From Rhizodiscina lignyota (taxonomy: Eukaryota), in NCBI GenBank assembly GCA_010015805.1, contig ML978128.1, forward strand, positions 868,001 to 932,000: a stretch of DNA of 64,000 nt, in the 5' to 3' direction. Shown piece after piece: positions 1 through 12,255 of the stretch. Each line of letters opens with the position of its first letter. Within the stretch, counting starts at the first letter, position 1. A model generated the notes under the pieces. The model was not told the origin of the DNA. It saw nothing but the letters and a program-made list of their open reading frames with translations, and ran no database searches. A program made the translations under genes and the position numbers.

Positions 1-221
1 CTCCTGAATCTCTCTTGTCCTGCGGTATCCCATATCTGCAGCCTCACAACAGACCCAGTGTCGATATCAACAACGCGTTTCGTCAGGAAGCTTGCGCCGA
101 CAGTCGAGGCAGTATTTGTGGGGGAGACACCCTTGACATAGCGATGTACGAGAGAGGTTTTGCCGACGCCTTGGGAGCCTAGCACGACGATCTTCGCTTC
201 GAGGCTGTTTGAGTCGCTCAT
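1..221 (-). CDS. Rab-family small GTPase, 5' part (continues beyond window start)
   Basis: Manual translation from ATG 221: MSDSNSLEAKIVVLGSQGVGKTSLVHRY...STVGASFLTKRV...LQIWDTAGQERFR. Contains the P-loop GxxxxGKT, switch I TVGASF and WDTAGQE. Not present in the ORF track. Confidence 0.93.
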   Translation of the reverse strand, partial: MSDSNSLEAKIVVLGSQGVGKTSLVHRYVKGVSPTNTASTVGASFLTKRVVDIDTGSVVRLQIWDTAGQERFR

Positions 222-1110
222 GATTGAGCGGGAATGCCGGGCGACGACTTCATTGGGGAGCGTCCAAGGTTACTTAAAGAGGTCTCAGGAGTGTGAGAAA
301 GGATAACTATTCACGTATGTCGCGTGAGTAACTGCGCATGTGTCATGGGGGCGGCGAATGAGGGTCAGACGGGAGGAAGAGGCGGAGTACGGAGTTGGTA
401 GAAGGGAGAGGTTGAGCTCTAGTCGCGACTCATCATTGTTGTTGTGCTTGGTGCAGGTCGGACACGAACCCAATTTCGCGTCTTCAATATTGGCGCGCGT
501 CTTCTCGTGAGCCACTGCAAGGATGAAGGTTGTAGATGTCCGTGATCGTTGTTGTTTGGCTTGGCCGTCGGAGTACGGAGTACGTCACTTTAGTGCATCA
601 ACGCATGTGCATTTCACGCCGCGGAGGCTCTATCAATGCCGATGTTCCTCTGTACCTATTCCAGTTGCCGAACGGCAAGTCTCTTCGGCCCTAAATCTCT
701 TTCCGATGCTAAGGATCCAGATTCGATAGCCAAGCGGCAAATGTAGGAATTCAAGGTTCGGTGTGACTTGGTCCATTCAGCCGAGGACCATTCAGCATCC
801 GACAATTCTAGCTGTAGCTCCCTTCCAAATCATCACCGCATCATTTGTCCCGTCTCCCAGTCGCCTCATCATAAATTTTGGAGCGGCTTTCTTCCCATTA
901 TATCCACTATATTTCCATTCCTATCCTATCGTCATCAGCGAACTTCCTTCTTGTCTCCACTGTCTCTGATACCCCACGCATTGGCCATTCCCCACAATTG
1001 CGGCCTACCGTCCGACCTATTTTATTCCCGCCACCGCTATCACTGCTACCTCGATTGGATAACATCTCACCCATACCAGCAGGTGGTGATTAAGTGTATA
1101 CCCCGAAAAG

Positions 1111-2740
1111 ATGAATCATAAATCAAACAACACGCAAGCGGAGAAACTTTCTGGGGAGGATCTGGCGAAGCACAACTCGAAAGAGTCATGCTGGGTAAGT
1201 CTTTACTCTATGCACCACGATATGGAACAGGACATGTCAATTGACCCTCCTGCGCAGGTTATCATACACGGCCGCGCATACGACGTCACGGAATTCCTGC
1301 CAGAACACCCCGGAGGCCCGAAGATCATCCTGAAGTACGCCGGCAAAGATGCGACGGAAGAGTTCGATCCCATCCACCCTCCGGATACTCTAGACAAATA
1401 TCTCGACAAGTCTAAGCACCTCGGGGAGGTAGATATGGGCACAGTAGAGAAGGAAGAGAAGGAGGAAGACCCAGAAGAAAAGGGGAGGCAAGAGCGGATA
1501 AAGAACATGCCAATTCTGGAGCAATGCTACAACCTCCTGGACTTCGAAGCGGTGGCAAAGAACGTCATGAAGAGAACAGCTTGGGCATACTACTCCAGTG
1601 CAGCAGACGACGAGATCACAATGCGAGAGAATCGCAACGCATACCATAAGATATGGTTCAGGCCGAGGGTACTACAGGACGTCACGGACATTGATCTCTC
1701 AACTACCATGCTTGGAACTAAAGTCGACATCCCATTCTACGTCACCGCAACTGCGCTCGGGAAACTGGGCAATCCGGAAGGCGAGGTTGTCCTGACGCGC
1801 GGCGCGAGGAAACATAACGTCATCCAGATGATCCCGACATTGGCCTCTTGCTCTTTTGACGAGATTGTAGATGCCGCCGAAGACGGCCAATGCCAATGGC
1901 TGCAGCTATACGTCAACAAGAACCGCGACATTACGAAACGCATTGTACAGCACGCCGAGAAGCGCGGCTGCAAGGGCCTCTTCATCACAGTGGATGCGCC
2001 GCAGCTCGGTCGCCGTGAGAAGGACATGCGCAGCAAATTCAGCGACGTTGGCTCAAACGTCCAATCGTCATCTGGGGACAATGTAGATCGTTCGCAGGGA
2101 GCAGCGCGTGCCATTTCGTCGTTCATCGATCCTAGCCTGTCCTGGAAAGACATCCCGTGGTTCTTGAGCATTACAAAGATGCCCATTATCCTTAAGGGCG
2201 TGCAGTGCGTCGAGGATGTGATTCGTGCATGCCATGCTGGGGTGCACGGCGTAGTGCTCAGCAATCACGGAGGCAGACAGCTCGATTTCGCGAGAAGTGG
2301 TATCGAGGTCCTTGCGGAGGTTATGCCCGTGCTCAGAGAGCGGGGTCTGGAGAATAAGCTCGAGATCTTCGTAGATGGTGGTGTAAGGAGAGCAACGGAT
2401 ATTATTAAGGCCCTGTGCCTGGGCGCGAAAGGCGTGGGTATTGGAAGGCCATTCTTGTATGCTATGAGTGCATACGGCCTACCGGGCGTGGACAGGGCGA
2501 TGCAGGTTGGTCAATACTCACTTCATTTATGCGACGGATTGCTAACGTGTATCAAAGTTGCTCAAGGACGAGATGGAGATGAACATGCGTTTGATTGGGT
2601 GCCAAAATGTGACCCAGCTAAATCCCAGCTTGGTGGATACTCGCGGTCTGAGCATGCACACCGCGCCGATTCCGACTGACAACCTGGGCTTGAATGTGTA
2701 TGATCCGCTCGCAGGGCCGAAGATTCTCTCGAGGTTATAG
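1111..2740 (+). CDS. Flavocytochrome b2 / L-lactate dehydrogenase-like (cytochrome b5 domain + FMN alpha-hydroxyacid dehydrogenase)
   Basis: Heme motif HPGG; FMN-domain motifs SNHGGRQLD and DGGVRRATD. Introns 1195-1257 (in-frame) and 2506-2557; the last exon ends KILSRL*. Confidence 0.93.
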
Positions 2741-2991
2741 GCGAGCTTGGAACAGTTACAGTATGGAGACGGCGAGCTGAGACTGAAGATTTGTCCACTG
2801 CATCTTGGATGAGGACTACTGGGTTCAGATGTATTGTACATAAAGCCATGGCATACATGTACCGTAACAGCAAATTCCTGTATATCCACTTCTATTCATA
2901 TAATTCTATTATCCTATTGACTCGTTTAATATCATTAGTGGAGAGACCTGGCTGTATGCATATCTATCGTTTTTCTACGACCTACTGCACT

Positions 2992-4927
2992 CTAGAAATC
3001 CTTTCTGGCATGCTTGCTATAGTTCTTGCGTAGAGTTGCTCCGTACTATAACAAATGTTAGCACCACCCATGTTTTATAGAGCTCTCACCATTTGAGACT
3101 TACCCGATACAGAACAAAAGGAATCGGAATGAATGCGACGCCCAGGAAAGCAAGCAAAGAGCTTGCCCACCCAACGCCAAGGTTATGGTACATCGCGCCA
3201 GCAAATAATGGAAAAAAGGCGCCAAAGCTCGACCGAAACAGGTCGTTTCCAGCCAGGACGGACGCAGCATAATCAGGATATGCATCGGTGAGATAGTTCA
3301 GCACGGACATGAACAAGAGGAACGCAGCGACTGCGAAGAAGCCGGAGCCGATGATGGGCATTATCCAGTGGATCGAGTCCCGTGAGCTCCAACCGAACCA
3401 AAAGAGACAGATGGGAATAAACAGGGAGCCGACCATCGCGGGTGGGAGTCGCAGCTCTGGTTGGAGTTCGCCGTTTGCGTTGAAATTGGGCTCGGTGTAT
3501 TTCCATATATACCAAAAGAACGGCGGCACAGTCACAACCGCCCCCACTAGGATACCGAGGAAGGCAAGACCTTGCTGACCCAGGTCGAAGTGGTAGATAC
3601 CGACAAAGACTGGTGGGAAGGACTCAAACCAGATATACAAGATTCCATAGATCAAAGCGATGTAGAGGTTCAGCAAGAATACCATCGGTTCCGTGAAGTT
3701 GAGCGTAATTGGTCGGACAAGGGCAATCATCACAACGTCCTTTCCTGTCATGGATTCGGCCATCAGCTCCGCCTCACAGATGAGCTTCTGGTCTCCTGTC
3801 TTCTTGCGCAGGCGTCTCGTGCGGCGGAACAGAATGTTGTTCGCGCTCGTCTCCGGCAGGAAGAAAAATAGGAAGGCGAAACAGAAGCCAGACAGCCACA
3901 TGAGCTCCCATATAGTCCAGGTCCATCCTTTGGCTTGTGCCGCGAAACCGCCGATCAGAGGGCCCAGCGTAGGGCCACAAACAGCCGCCATTCCCCAGAT
4001 TGCGATACCATATGCGCGCTTGGCCGGAGCATACATGTCTGCGATAGTCGCACCACCGGTTGCGAGAACGGGGGAACCGAAGAAGCCTGTGAGGAATCGG
4101 AATGCTAAAAGCATACCAAAGTTCGTCGCGAGAGCAGTCGGTATCTGGAGAAGGACGAAGATGAGGAGCGTAATAATGTACACTGGATTTCGTCCAATCT
4201 GAGGGATTTCAGAGAGCGGAGCAAAAAGCATCTATGGGTGGTCAGCCTCCTCCGACGTCAATACAACGAAATGGGCTGGTAAGGAGTACCGGTCCCAATC
4301 CATATCCGGCAACGAATAGCGTGAGCCCCAGCGTAGCAGCGACTGAGCTGACATGAAAGCTCTGTTCTACACTTGGGATACCTGCAGTATATATTGCAGA
4401 TCCAATGTAGATACTGGTAGTCAAAAGACATATCTCAAAGGTTACAAAGAACTTCTTGCCCGTTGACCAATTGCGAGGATTCTGTATTAAAGTGTTCATC
4501 AGTGAAGGTTGGAGAAAGAGGAAGACGACATGATACTGACCTCTGGATCGCCGGGTGTGAAGTCTATCAAGTGCATATCACGACCTTTCTCCGGGTCTAT
4601 CTTCACACCACTGGCTTGATTATACATGCCTTCTTCGAGTGGCTGTCTCGTTCGTGAAGATTCGGTGGAGTCGGGAAGCCCTCCCTCGATTTCTTTCTCT
4701 TTGGCCTCTCGGGTTCTGATTCCACCCAAGCCTTCCTCGTCCTCAACATCGGTGTCCTCGCTATGAGGATCTGTTGTTCCATGGTGTGCCGCATAGCCAG
4801 ACTTCTTTTCGTTCACCCATTTCTTCCACAAGGTTGTGTCCTTCTCTTCGGGATATAAAAGCCATCTCCCGCCAGAGGCGAAGCGAACAATGTGGCCAAA
4901 GGCAGTATCCCTCACGAACCTTGACAT
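2992..4927 (-). CDS. MFS multidrug transporter, DHA1 family (FLR1/Caf5-like)
   Basis: DPENPRNW, PLSEIPQIGRNPVY, GPTLGPLIGGF and PELRLPPA motifs plus many TM segments. Exons 4927-4541, 4481-4290, 4231-3104, 3045-2992. Confidence 0.92.
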
Positions 4928-5119
4928 TTCCACCGCACAAAACGAGACGTAGACTGAAGTTTGAAAGGTAGGAAAGTGGGCAAAGACCGAACGGACAGAA
5001 CGCCCATAGTTAAGTCCCTTTCAATCTGGAAAAGAAAGCGCATCATGCCCGTCATTGTGGATACTTCCAAGTTCGGACTCACTCGGACTCCGGCATTCAA
5101 TCTACTGCATACACAGGCA

Positions 5120-5126
5120 TGACTAA
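5120..5126. promoter_or_regulatory. Candidate Yap1/AP-1 response element (TGACTAA) upstream of the DHA1 transporter
   Basis: Exact TGACTAA ~195 bp upstream of ATG 4927. Yeast FLR1 is a Yap1 target, but a single 7-mer could occur by chance. Confidence 0.3.
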
Positions 5127-6268
5127 AATCCGTAATAGCCATCGCAATTGTTTCGCTTCTTGGTGTGAGAGCGTCTCGTAGGTCAACTTTCGGCGGACCA
5201 GGAGCTGTCATGATATCACAATTTCAGACTCAGGTCAGCGCCATGGCGTTATGGTATCCACATGCTTGCCACCTTTGCCCGAGAGTGTGGAGCGGTCTGG
5301 ATAGATTCAAGGAGTTAAAGTCGACATTTCTCTCCGCCTGGCAGCTCCCCGTACTCCACAGAACGAGTTTAATGAGTCCTGATGACAAGCACGGCATGCT
5401 AAGCTTCCAGTTCCCGAGCAGGAGTAAGCTGGACGCGGATGCTGGATGTGATGTACAAAAGGAGGGTCGCTCACACGGGAAAACTGCGGGTATGCAATCT
5501 CAATAGCGACTCGCTGTGTGATTGGCCGCAATAATGACAATATAGCTCGCTCTAAGACTATACACCGACACACCGAGACACCGAGAGCACGGTTAGATAC
5601 CGGTGTTACGCAGTGATGAGGCGCAATACAATGTGAGGCATGTTACACGAATCTGCAGATAAGTCTAGAATACATTGTGCAAATCATGCAATGGCTGATA
5701 TCAAACCCTATAGGTCAGGTAGCTGTGGGTTCAAGAAGTCACAATAATGGTGGCCAGGTAGTTCATGTTCATCAATGGCCTTGTGGTTGGCATTGTCACT
5801 GGGCCTCGTACGCCATGTCAAATACCTGCAGGTGTCTGATAGTATTGGGCCTTCCATTGCTTGTAGGTTGGATCATCCGAACGTAGGTCATTAAGTCCAT
5901 TGCAAATGTAATGATAGAGCCGGAGAAAGGCTATGCTGAGTGAATAGGCTTCTGGCGGTACTTCGGACGAGCCTCTCAGATTTGGATGGTCCCACATGCT
6001 GCACGCAGCATGTCAGCCCTGGAAGGATCGCCGAGTGAGATAGAACATCTACCGTCAGGAACGCAAATATTCCTTGCTTAACTGACGAATTGGTAAGCTA
6101 GAGAGGTGTAAAATACGATGAACTGAGTTTCGGGACACAATCTCCGTGAGATTTTCCGATCGAGTTTGAGAGGTTGAGTAGTTGATGCTGAAAGTACAGT
6201 GATCTCTTATTCGCACCCAACTTTTACGAGTATCATATTATACAAATCCTCCTCATATTGACAACGCC

Positions 6269-6703
6269 TCAGTGATGGCCCGCTGCCTCCTCCTCCGGCT
6301 CTTCCTCGAACCAATCCTCCTCGACCGGCGGCGCTCCTGTGCTTGATTGACCCTCAACCTCAACTTGCTGACTCTCATATGCCTTCAGTTCATTGGCAAT
6401 ATCTCCCTCTTCGGGTGATGTTGGTGGTTTCGGCATTGTGAACTTCTGTACGTGGCCCTCGGAGTCGGTCGCTTTTACGGTTGGCTGCTTGTAGTTCTTC
6501 AATTCGCGGAGGTACATGTCTTGGACAAGCTCGGCTAGAGTCAATTGTTAGTATATTATGAATGTTGGAGCCATTGAGCTTGTCTACACACCTTGTCGGA
6601 CAGCCGTTGGGATGATGAGGGTGCGACGCGAGAGGGTGGCCTGTTGTTGCCGAGCCACGCGGAGAACCGCCGACCGTGACGCTCGTAGACTTGATTGGAA
6701 CAT
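6269..6703 (-). CDS. ATP14: Mitochondrial ATP synthase subunit h
   Basis: Arg-rich presequence MFQSSLRASRSAVLRVARQ..., one intron (~6535-6590), then ELVQDMYLRELKNYK...HVQKF and an acidic tail. Confidence 0.88.
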
Positions 6704-7664
6704 GATTGCGATGTCCTCGAAGTTGGTAGAGCGTGGAGCTCTGGTGAATTAGATCAAATCAGCGGTGTTTGTTGAGCCGTCAAGCTTCGGGCGTTTAAGG
6801 CAAGCTCTTCGATGTTCAGGAAAAGCACCCTCGCAGCATCTTGGCATGGAGCGACGCTAGTCTCAATATGGAACTACACCGTTAACTCTTAAACTACTCC
6901 GTAGGCACCTGTAACTTTCGGTTTCTTTTGATATCCATTTTATTATACATTAAGCTATCTTTTTAAAGAGGCCGGATTGGTGTCTTCCGGGTAGTTCCAG
7001 GCATCCCTTCTATTCTCACAAGAGAGTCAAAGCCGAACCAGGCGCAAGACGGGGGCGGCCGTCGGCCGTCAATGGGGCATTTTCTTCTTACCGTACCATT
7101 TTTGAGTTCTTATCACGATGATTTCTAAATTACCCCACAGAAGACTGTCAACTGTTTCAGGATGAGAAGAGATAAAGAGATACCGATCCCGTCCGTTCAC
7201 GCCGCAAGCTACGGGTCTGTTCAGCGTCCGGCATGTCTCGAACATCTTGCGAAAACATGCCGAAAGACGACAACGTCTTGTTCAACGTCGTGGTGGCGAA
7301 GGAATCTTTCCGGTAACATCCCAGGCCCTCTATGAATTGGTCTCTCGGCTTTAAGGTTGTCTGGTCACCGAAACATCCACAGTGCCAACAGTGAATAAGC
7401 TGTCGGACAGACGGTGGAGAGACATTCCCGAAAATCCGATGACAGCGAATGAGTCAGATTGCAAGGGATCAAGGCTTAAGGAGATATGCTAGACGTAGAG
7501 TTGAAGTAGGAAAGGATACGCAGACGGTTTGCAAAGCACATCTTTGAAGAGCCGTGTCTCGAAGTTAAACTGTCCCGTATCAACATATTGAATCTTCGCA
7601 GGAGTTACCTCAATACTGGTCATCACTTGGCCAAGTCTGACCAATATAATTATATAAGTGTGCC

Positions 7665-7708
7665 TGATTGCTTTGAACATTATGATTGCTTTGAACATTA
7701 TGATTGCT
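7665..7708. repeat. Perfect 18-bp tandem duplication (TGATTGCTTTGAACATTA x2 + TGATTGCT)
   Basis: Read directly from the sequence. Confidence 0.9.
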
Positions 7709-7994
7709 GTAAATTTTATACGGCGACTTGCACGTGGAGGTGGTCGCTATCCGAACGCAATCCTCAACTCCAAGGGACCCCAGCACTTCCCCACACCAAT
7801 GGCAGTTAGCAGAGGTTCAGCCATGCCTCGGTCCCGCATCTAAACGTCGAAACACATCCGGCGCAAAACAAGCTGTTGCTCTTCCACACTCAGCAACGCT
7901 TAGGTGAGGTTGTGCCTGAGATGCGAGGCCACCTTCGCGCTGCATCTAATCACCAGCAACCACCTGGCTGACGAAATCTCGTCGACGCGCCGAC

Positions 7995-9778
7995 ATGTCG
8001 TCCGTAAGCTCCTCATCGTCCTCCGGAAGTGGTGGCATCAGACCAGAAAACGTCGATCCGGTAGTACGAACAGCGTTGCGATACACATTGAGCGAGCGCG
8101 AATACAGGCTGCTACACCAATACCTGCTATCACGCGCGCCAGCCGTCCGGAGGAGAACTCCTGCGCCCCCGAAGTATGCCGCCATTGTCAAGAGCAAAGA
8201 CGACTACAACGCGGCCGCTATCCGCGCATCGTTCAGAGTGTTCGCATCCACATATGCAGCGCTGAAACTATGGGATACCATCAAGACCAAGATATTGTCA
8301 AGAGGCGCGCCCCAACCGTAAGAGCACTGAGTTGCGACGGAAATGCGAGTGTGCTAATTGCGATCACAGTTCCAAAACAAGGACGTCAATACTCAAGTCT
8401 GGCGCCTTCCGATTATCATCGTCTCTCGCACTCATCCTGCTGTTCCACCGTCTCCTCCATCGCTTCTTCACTCGACTCCGAGAGAGCCTCCTAACCGACA
8501 ATGCGCGCCCTTTCCGTCGACGCAATCCACGCGTTGCGAGGACACTTACCTCACGATTAACTCCAGCAATTGGCGCAAGCTTAGCTGGCTTCTTCCTTGC
8601 GATCAGCCCGGCTGATCAATTGCGCATCACCCTCGCGATATATTTCTTCTCACGATCGCTCGAGTTCATATACAACGCTCTGGAGGACAAGGGATACTTC
8701 AGCAATCGGCCATGGTGGTTTGGCAGTTGGATGCTTGTGCCTCCTGCATTTGGCCAACTGCTCCATGCTTTCGTCTTTGATCGAGATTGCTTCCCAAAAG
8801 ACTTTGGAGGCTTCATTATGAAGAATTCTGGCCCTTATCTCCAAGCGAAGCCGACAGACTACCCCGGAAACCTCGAATGGCCAGGAACATATGAGATAGT
8901 CGACAGCTTGGCTGAAATCTCTAGATCAAAATGGCCGTAGGTATACCTTGACGAAAAAACCCTTATTGGAGCTAATTGCAAGTCACAGTGCATTTGTATC
9001 GCCAATCCTCTTCCCCGCTGCAGAGACTCTTCCAAGGAGTCTTTCTGCCATATCACCCATCACTAGCCCAGCTCATCCGTCCATTAAATCGCTTTCTTGC
9101 GCCCTTCTTCATCCGTCTGATCCTTCTTGTCTTCGGACATATATAACATATTATATCCAAGTCTTCCCAAATATCGCCCGTTTCTTTGCCATCATTTTCA
9201 GCGCCGCCAGCGTTCCCCGATACAAAACTTTCTTGTCTGACCCTGTTGCTTCAATTAATCGCCTCAGCAAGGCCATCCTTCGAATGAGCTTGTTTGTCAC
9301 TGGCGCCATTGGAACTAGCTGGGGCTCAATCTGTTTCTTTCAACAATACCTGCCAAAGGGCTTTCTCGCAACGCAGCGTTGGTTTCTGGGCGGTTTCCTA
9401 GGAGGTTTATGGGCATTTTTGGAACGCAAGAGCGGCAGAGCAAATTTCTTTTACATGGCACGATTAAGTATTGATAGCTTCTGGAAGGTGGGCGTTAAGC
9501 ATGGCTGGTGGAGAGGGATCAAGAACGGTGATGTCTTGTTGTTTGTAGTGAGCCTGGCGATTATTAATGGCATCTATGAGAAGAGGCCGAGGGCTGTGAA
9601 CGGGCCGTCCATTAGAAAGAGCCTGGGTATGCTGAGGGGCGATGGGTGGGTGGATCGTGTGGTGGTTATCAAGCCGAAGTCGGAGAAAGAAGAGCAGGAC
9701 TTGGCTGAGAGAGATATCAAAGATGAAGGGACGGATTTAGAAAAGGAGGAATTGGCGGAGGCTAAGAAAGAGCAGTAA
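7995..9778 (+). CDS. Integral membrane protein, TMEM135-like
   Basis: Three ORF pieces joined by GT-AG introns 8318-8369 and 8937-8988. Motifs GQLLHAFVFDRDCFP and CALLHPSDPSC; multiple hydrophobic segments. Confidence 0.8.
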
Positions 9779-10147
9779 CTTTTCTTAATTCTTCTCAGCG
9801 CTTGATATGAGACATGTCGTTCACGGCGTAATGTTTGGTCTGCCTCCGAGCAAGGCCTCGTAAATTGTTCTCAACCTGTATTCCATACGATTTATGCAGC
9901 TGTACAAAATAATAAGCATTAAGGTTGTCTCATTGGCCTTCGGACGGACATCATGTGCCCAGAACTAAATCGGCAATGAGGCAATGGCGGGGCGCTCGGA
10001 ATCGTGGACGGAGACTAGAGCGGCGTCGCATCCTCCGTACGCCAAACTTATATAAGATAAACGCGCTCCCGATGTCGTTAATCTCAGATGAATTGAACGC
10101 GTTATCAATTGGAACTTCCGAATTGTCATAACTTTCATTGCACGATC

Positions 10148-11286
10148 ATGGCTTCACCCAAGACGCTCGCGGAGCCCAAACCTCCAGTGCCATTGAATAT
10201 CCCTAGCGGGAAAGCCGTGAAGGTTTCTTGTATAGACACGTAAGGCTTCATATTCTATTTAACCCCCGGTGAGAGCAAATAATTAACATTCCCTAAAGCA
10301 CTTCGCGTATAAAGCTCCCAACGCAAACAATTCTGATTCCATACATTGCCGATCACAAGTACTACCAATGCCCGGCTTTCTCTTTTCTCATCGAGCATGA
10401 ATCGGGCAAGAAATTGCTCTTCGACCTTGGCATCCGCAAGGACTGGGAGAACATGTCCCCGTTCTCGGTGTGGCGCGTGAAGAGCAGGGATTTCACGGTC
10501 GGTGTCACGAAGAACTGCTCTGACATTCTCGTCGAGAACGACGTGTCCCTTGACTCCATCAACGCCATTATCTGGAGCCATCACCATTGGGATCACCAAG
10601 GCTGCCCCAAACTCTTCCCGCCCTCCACCGACTTGGTCGTCGGCCCTGGGTTCAAGGGTGCATACACGCCGGGCTGGCCGATCGAAAAGGATTCGTCTCT
10701 AAGGGAGGACGACTGGGAGGGCCGCAACTTCTGGGAGGTCGATTTCACGAAGAAGCCGTTTAAGCTTGGTCGGTTCGAGGCCTATGACTACTTTGGTGAC
10801 GGTTCGTTCTATTTGCTGCACACGCCGGGCCACACCATCGGGCATCTCTGCGGTCTTGCGAGGACTACGAGCAACCCGGACAGCTTTGTCTTCATGGGTG
10901 GGGATGCGTGCCATCACGGTGCCGAATTCAGGCCTTCGGCGTGGTTGCCTCTCCCTGCTGAAATGACGCCTCATCAGCTCAAGACACTCAGCTTCCCCTG
11001 CCCTGGCTCGGACTTTTTGGACATCCACCCCCAGAAAGATGCAAGCAAACCGTTCTACACACCTGCACCGGGCTTCAGCCACGACCATGATACGGCTGTC
11101 TGGACGATTGAGGGCTTGGAGGAGTTTGACGGTCATGACAATGTGCTGCTTGGCATTGCACATGACGCCACGTTCTTGGGCCAGCTTGACATGTTCCCCA
11201 AGACGATGAATGATTGGAAGGAGAAAGGAGACAAGGGTAAAGTGCTTTGGCGGTTCTTGGAGGACTTTAACGTGAAGCCGTCGTAG
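10148..11286 (+). CDS. Metallo-beta-lactamase-fold hydrolase (AHL-lactonase/gamma-lactamase-like)
   Basis: SHHHWDHQG (HxHxDH), TPGHT, GGDACHH and C-terminal AHD metal ligands. Exon 1 10148-10239, intron 10240-10298. Confidence 0.9.
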
Positions 11287-11584
11287 GGCGAGACTTTGTA
11301 AGTTGAAAGACCGAAGTAGAAATATCAATATCTGTCACACAGCCACGTGCTTGATCCTAAATAGAAGTATGCAGGGCCGAACGTGTCCAGTAAGATGAAA
11401 TCTAAACGCACTCGCTACAAGAAAGAAAGCCAATGTCATTTCTACCTAAGCAAATTCAGCCGGTCGTTGTCCATAGAGGATAGAACTCCGCTCGAAATGC
11501 ACACGAACGCCGGCCAATGCTATGTCGCTCTCATATCATCATCATCTTGCCAGGCTCTATCTCCCAGGTTGTCTCAGACTGCAT

Positions 11585-12255
11585 CTATTTGCCCACAGCG
11601 TATTTCTTAGTCCACTCCTTCGCCGTCTTCTCGAACGACTTGTAGTCGTTCTTGTACACCTCCGCGATGCTCGACTCCACCGCGTCATCGGGGTTCGGCT
11701 CGATTAGCAGGTTGCGCGTCATATTGAGCACGGCGACGATCTTGTTCGGCGGCTTCCACTCGTCGGTGCGCAGCATGCCCAGGCACATAGAGCCCTTGCC
11801 ATCGTTGCTGATGTTGGGGTGGTAGATCTTCGTTTGGAAGTTGACGACGGGGGGCTTGAAGGGATAATCTTTGGGCAGAACGAGGATGAGCTTGAAGTGG
11901 CCGCCCTATGGAGTGTCAGTGCTTGAATGATAGCGCATTGCTGATAGCGTATTGAGGGCAAAGGGCTTAGATTGCGGTGTAGGTGGGCTTCTGCAGACAT
12001 ACCGCATAGACAGATTGCTCAGGACCATCCATCACGATCTGCCAGGTGTGAAGATCAGAGTCATCTTTGAGAGTGACCTTCATGCCCTCTGGAGGGTCGG
12101 ACTGAATCTCGCCCAATTCCTGGCGGTGAGTTAGCAGACGAGTCCAACAGGTTGCAGCGAGTGGATAACGTCGTGGAGCTCTGGAAATGAAGCCTCTACA
12201 TGACGATAAGAGAAGTTAGTACCTTGGTGATACGTTTTCCGCTGCCTGCCTGCAT
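11585..12255 (-). CDS. Ubiquitin-conjugating enzyme E2
   Basis: KRITKEL...GPEQSVYAGGHF...YPFKPP...KIYHPNI...MCL (active Cys)...PNPDDA. Exons 12255-12223, 12119-12003, 11905-11585. Confidence 0.92.

Noticed and set aside
6971..7050. GCCGGATTGGTGT... resembling a tRNA 5' end
   Set aside because: No T-arm GTTCRA and no acceptor-stem pairing.
7665..7708. Direct repeat considered as CRISPR-like
   Set aside because: Contiguous tandem units without spacers, in a eukaryotic context.
10699..11328. Long antisense or shadow ORFs over real genes (also 1737-2264, 34526-35272, 46668-47165)
   Set aside because: Explained by GC-rich codon bias of the true genes; no independent motifs.
12196..12222. TACTAAC + TAG immediately inside E2 intron 1, suggesting a nested intron
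   Set aside because: It overlaps the donor and would give an intron too short to splice; the simple 103-nt intron restores the conserved frame.
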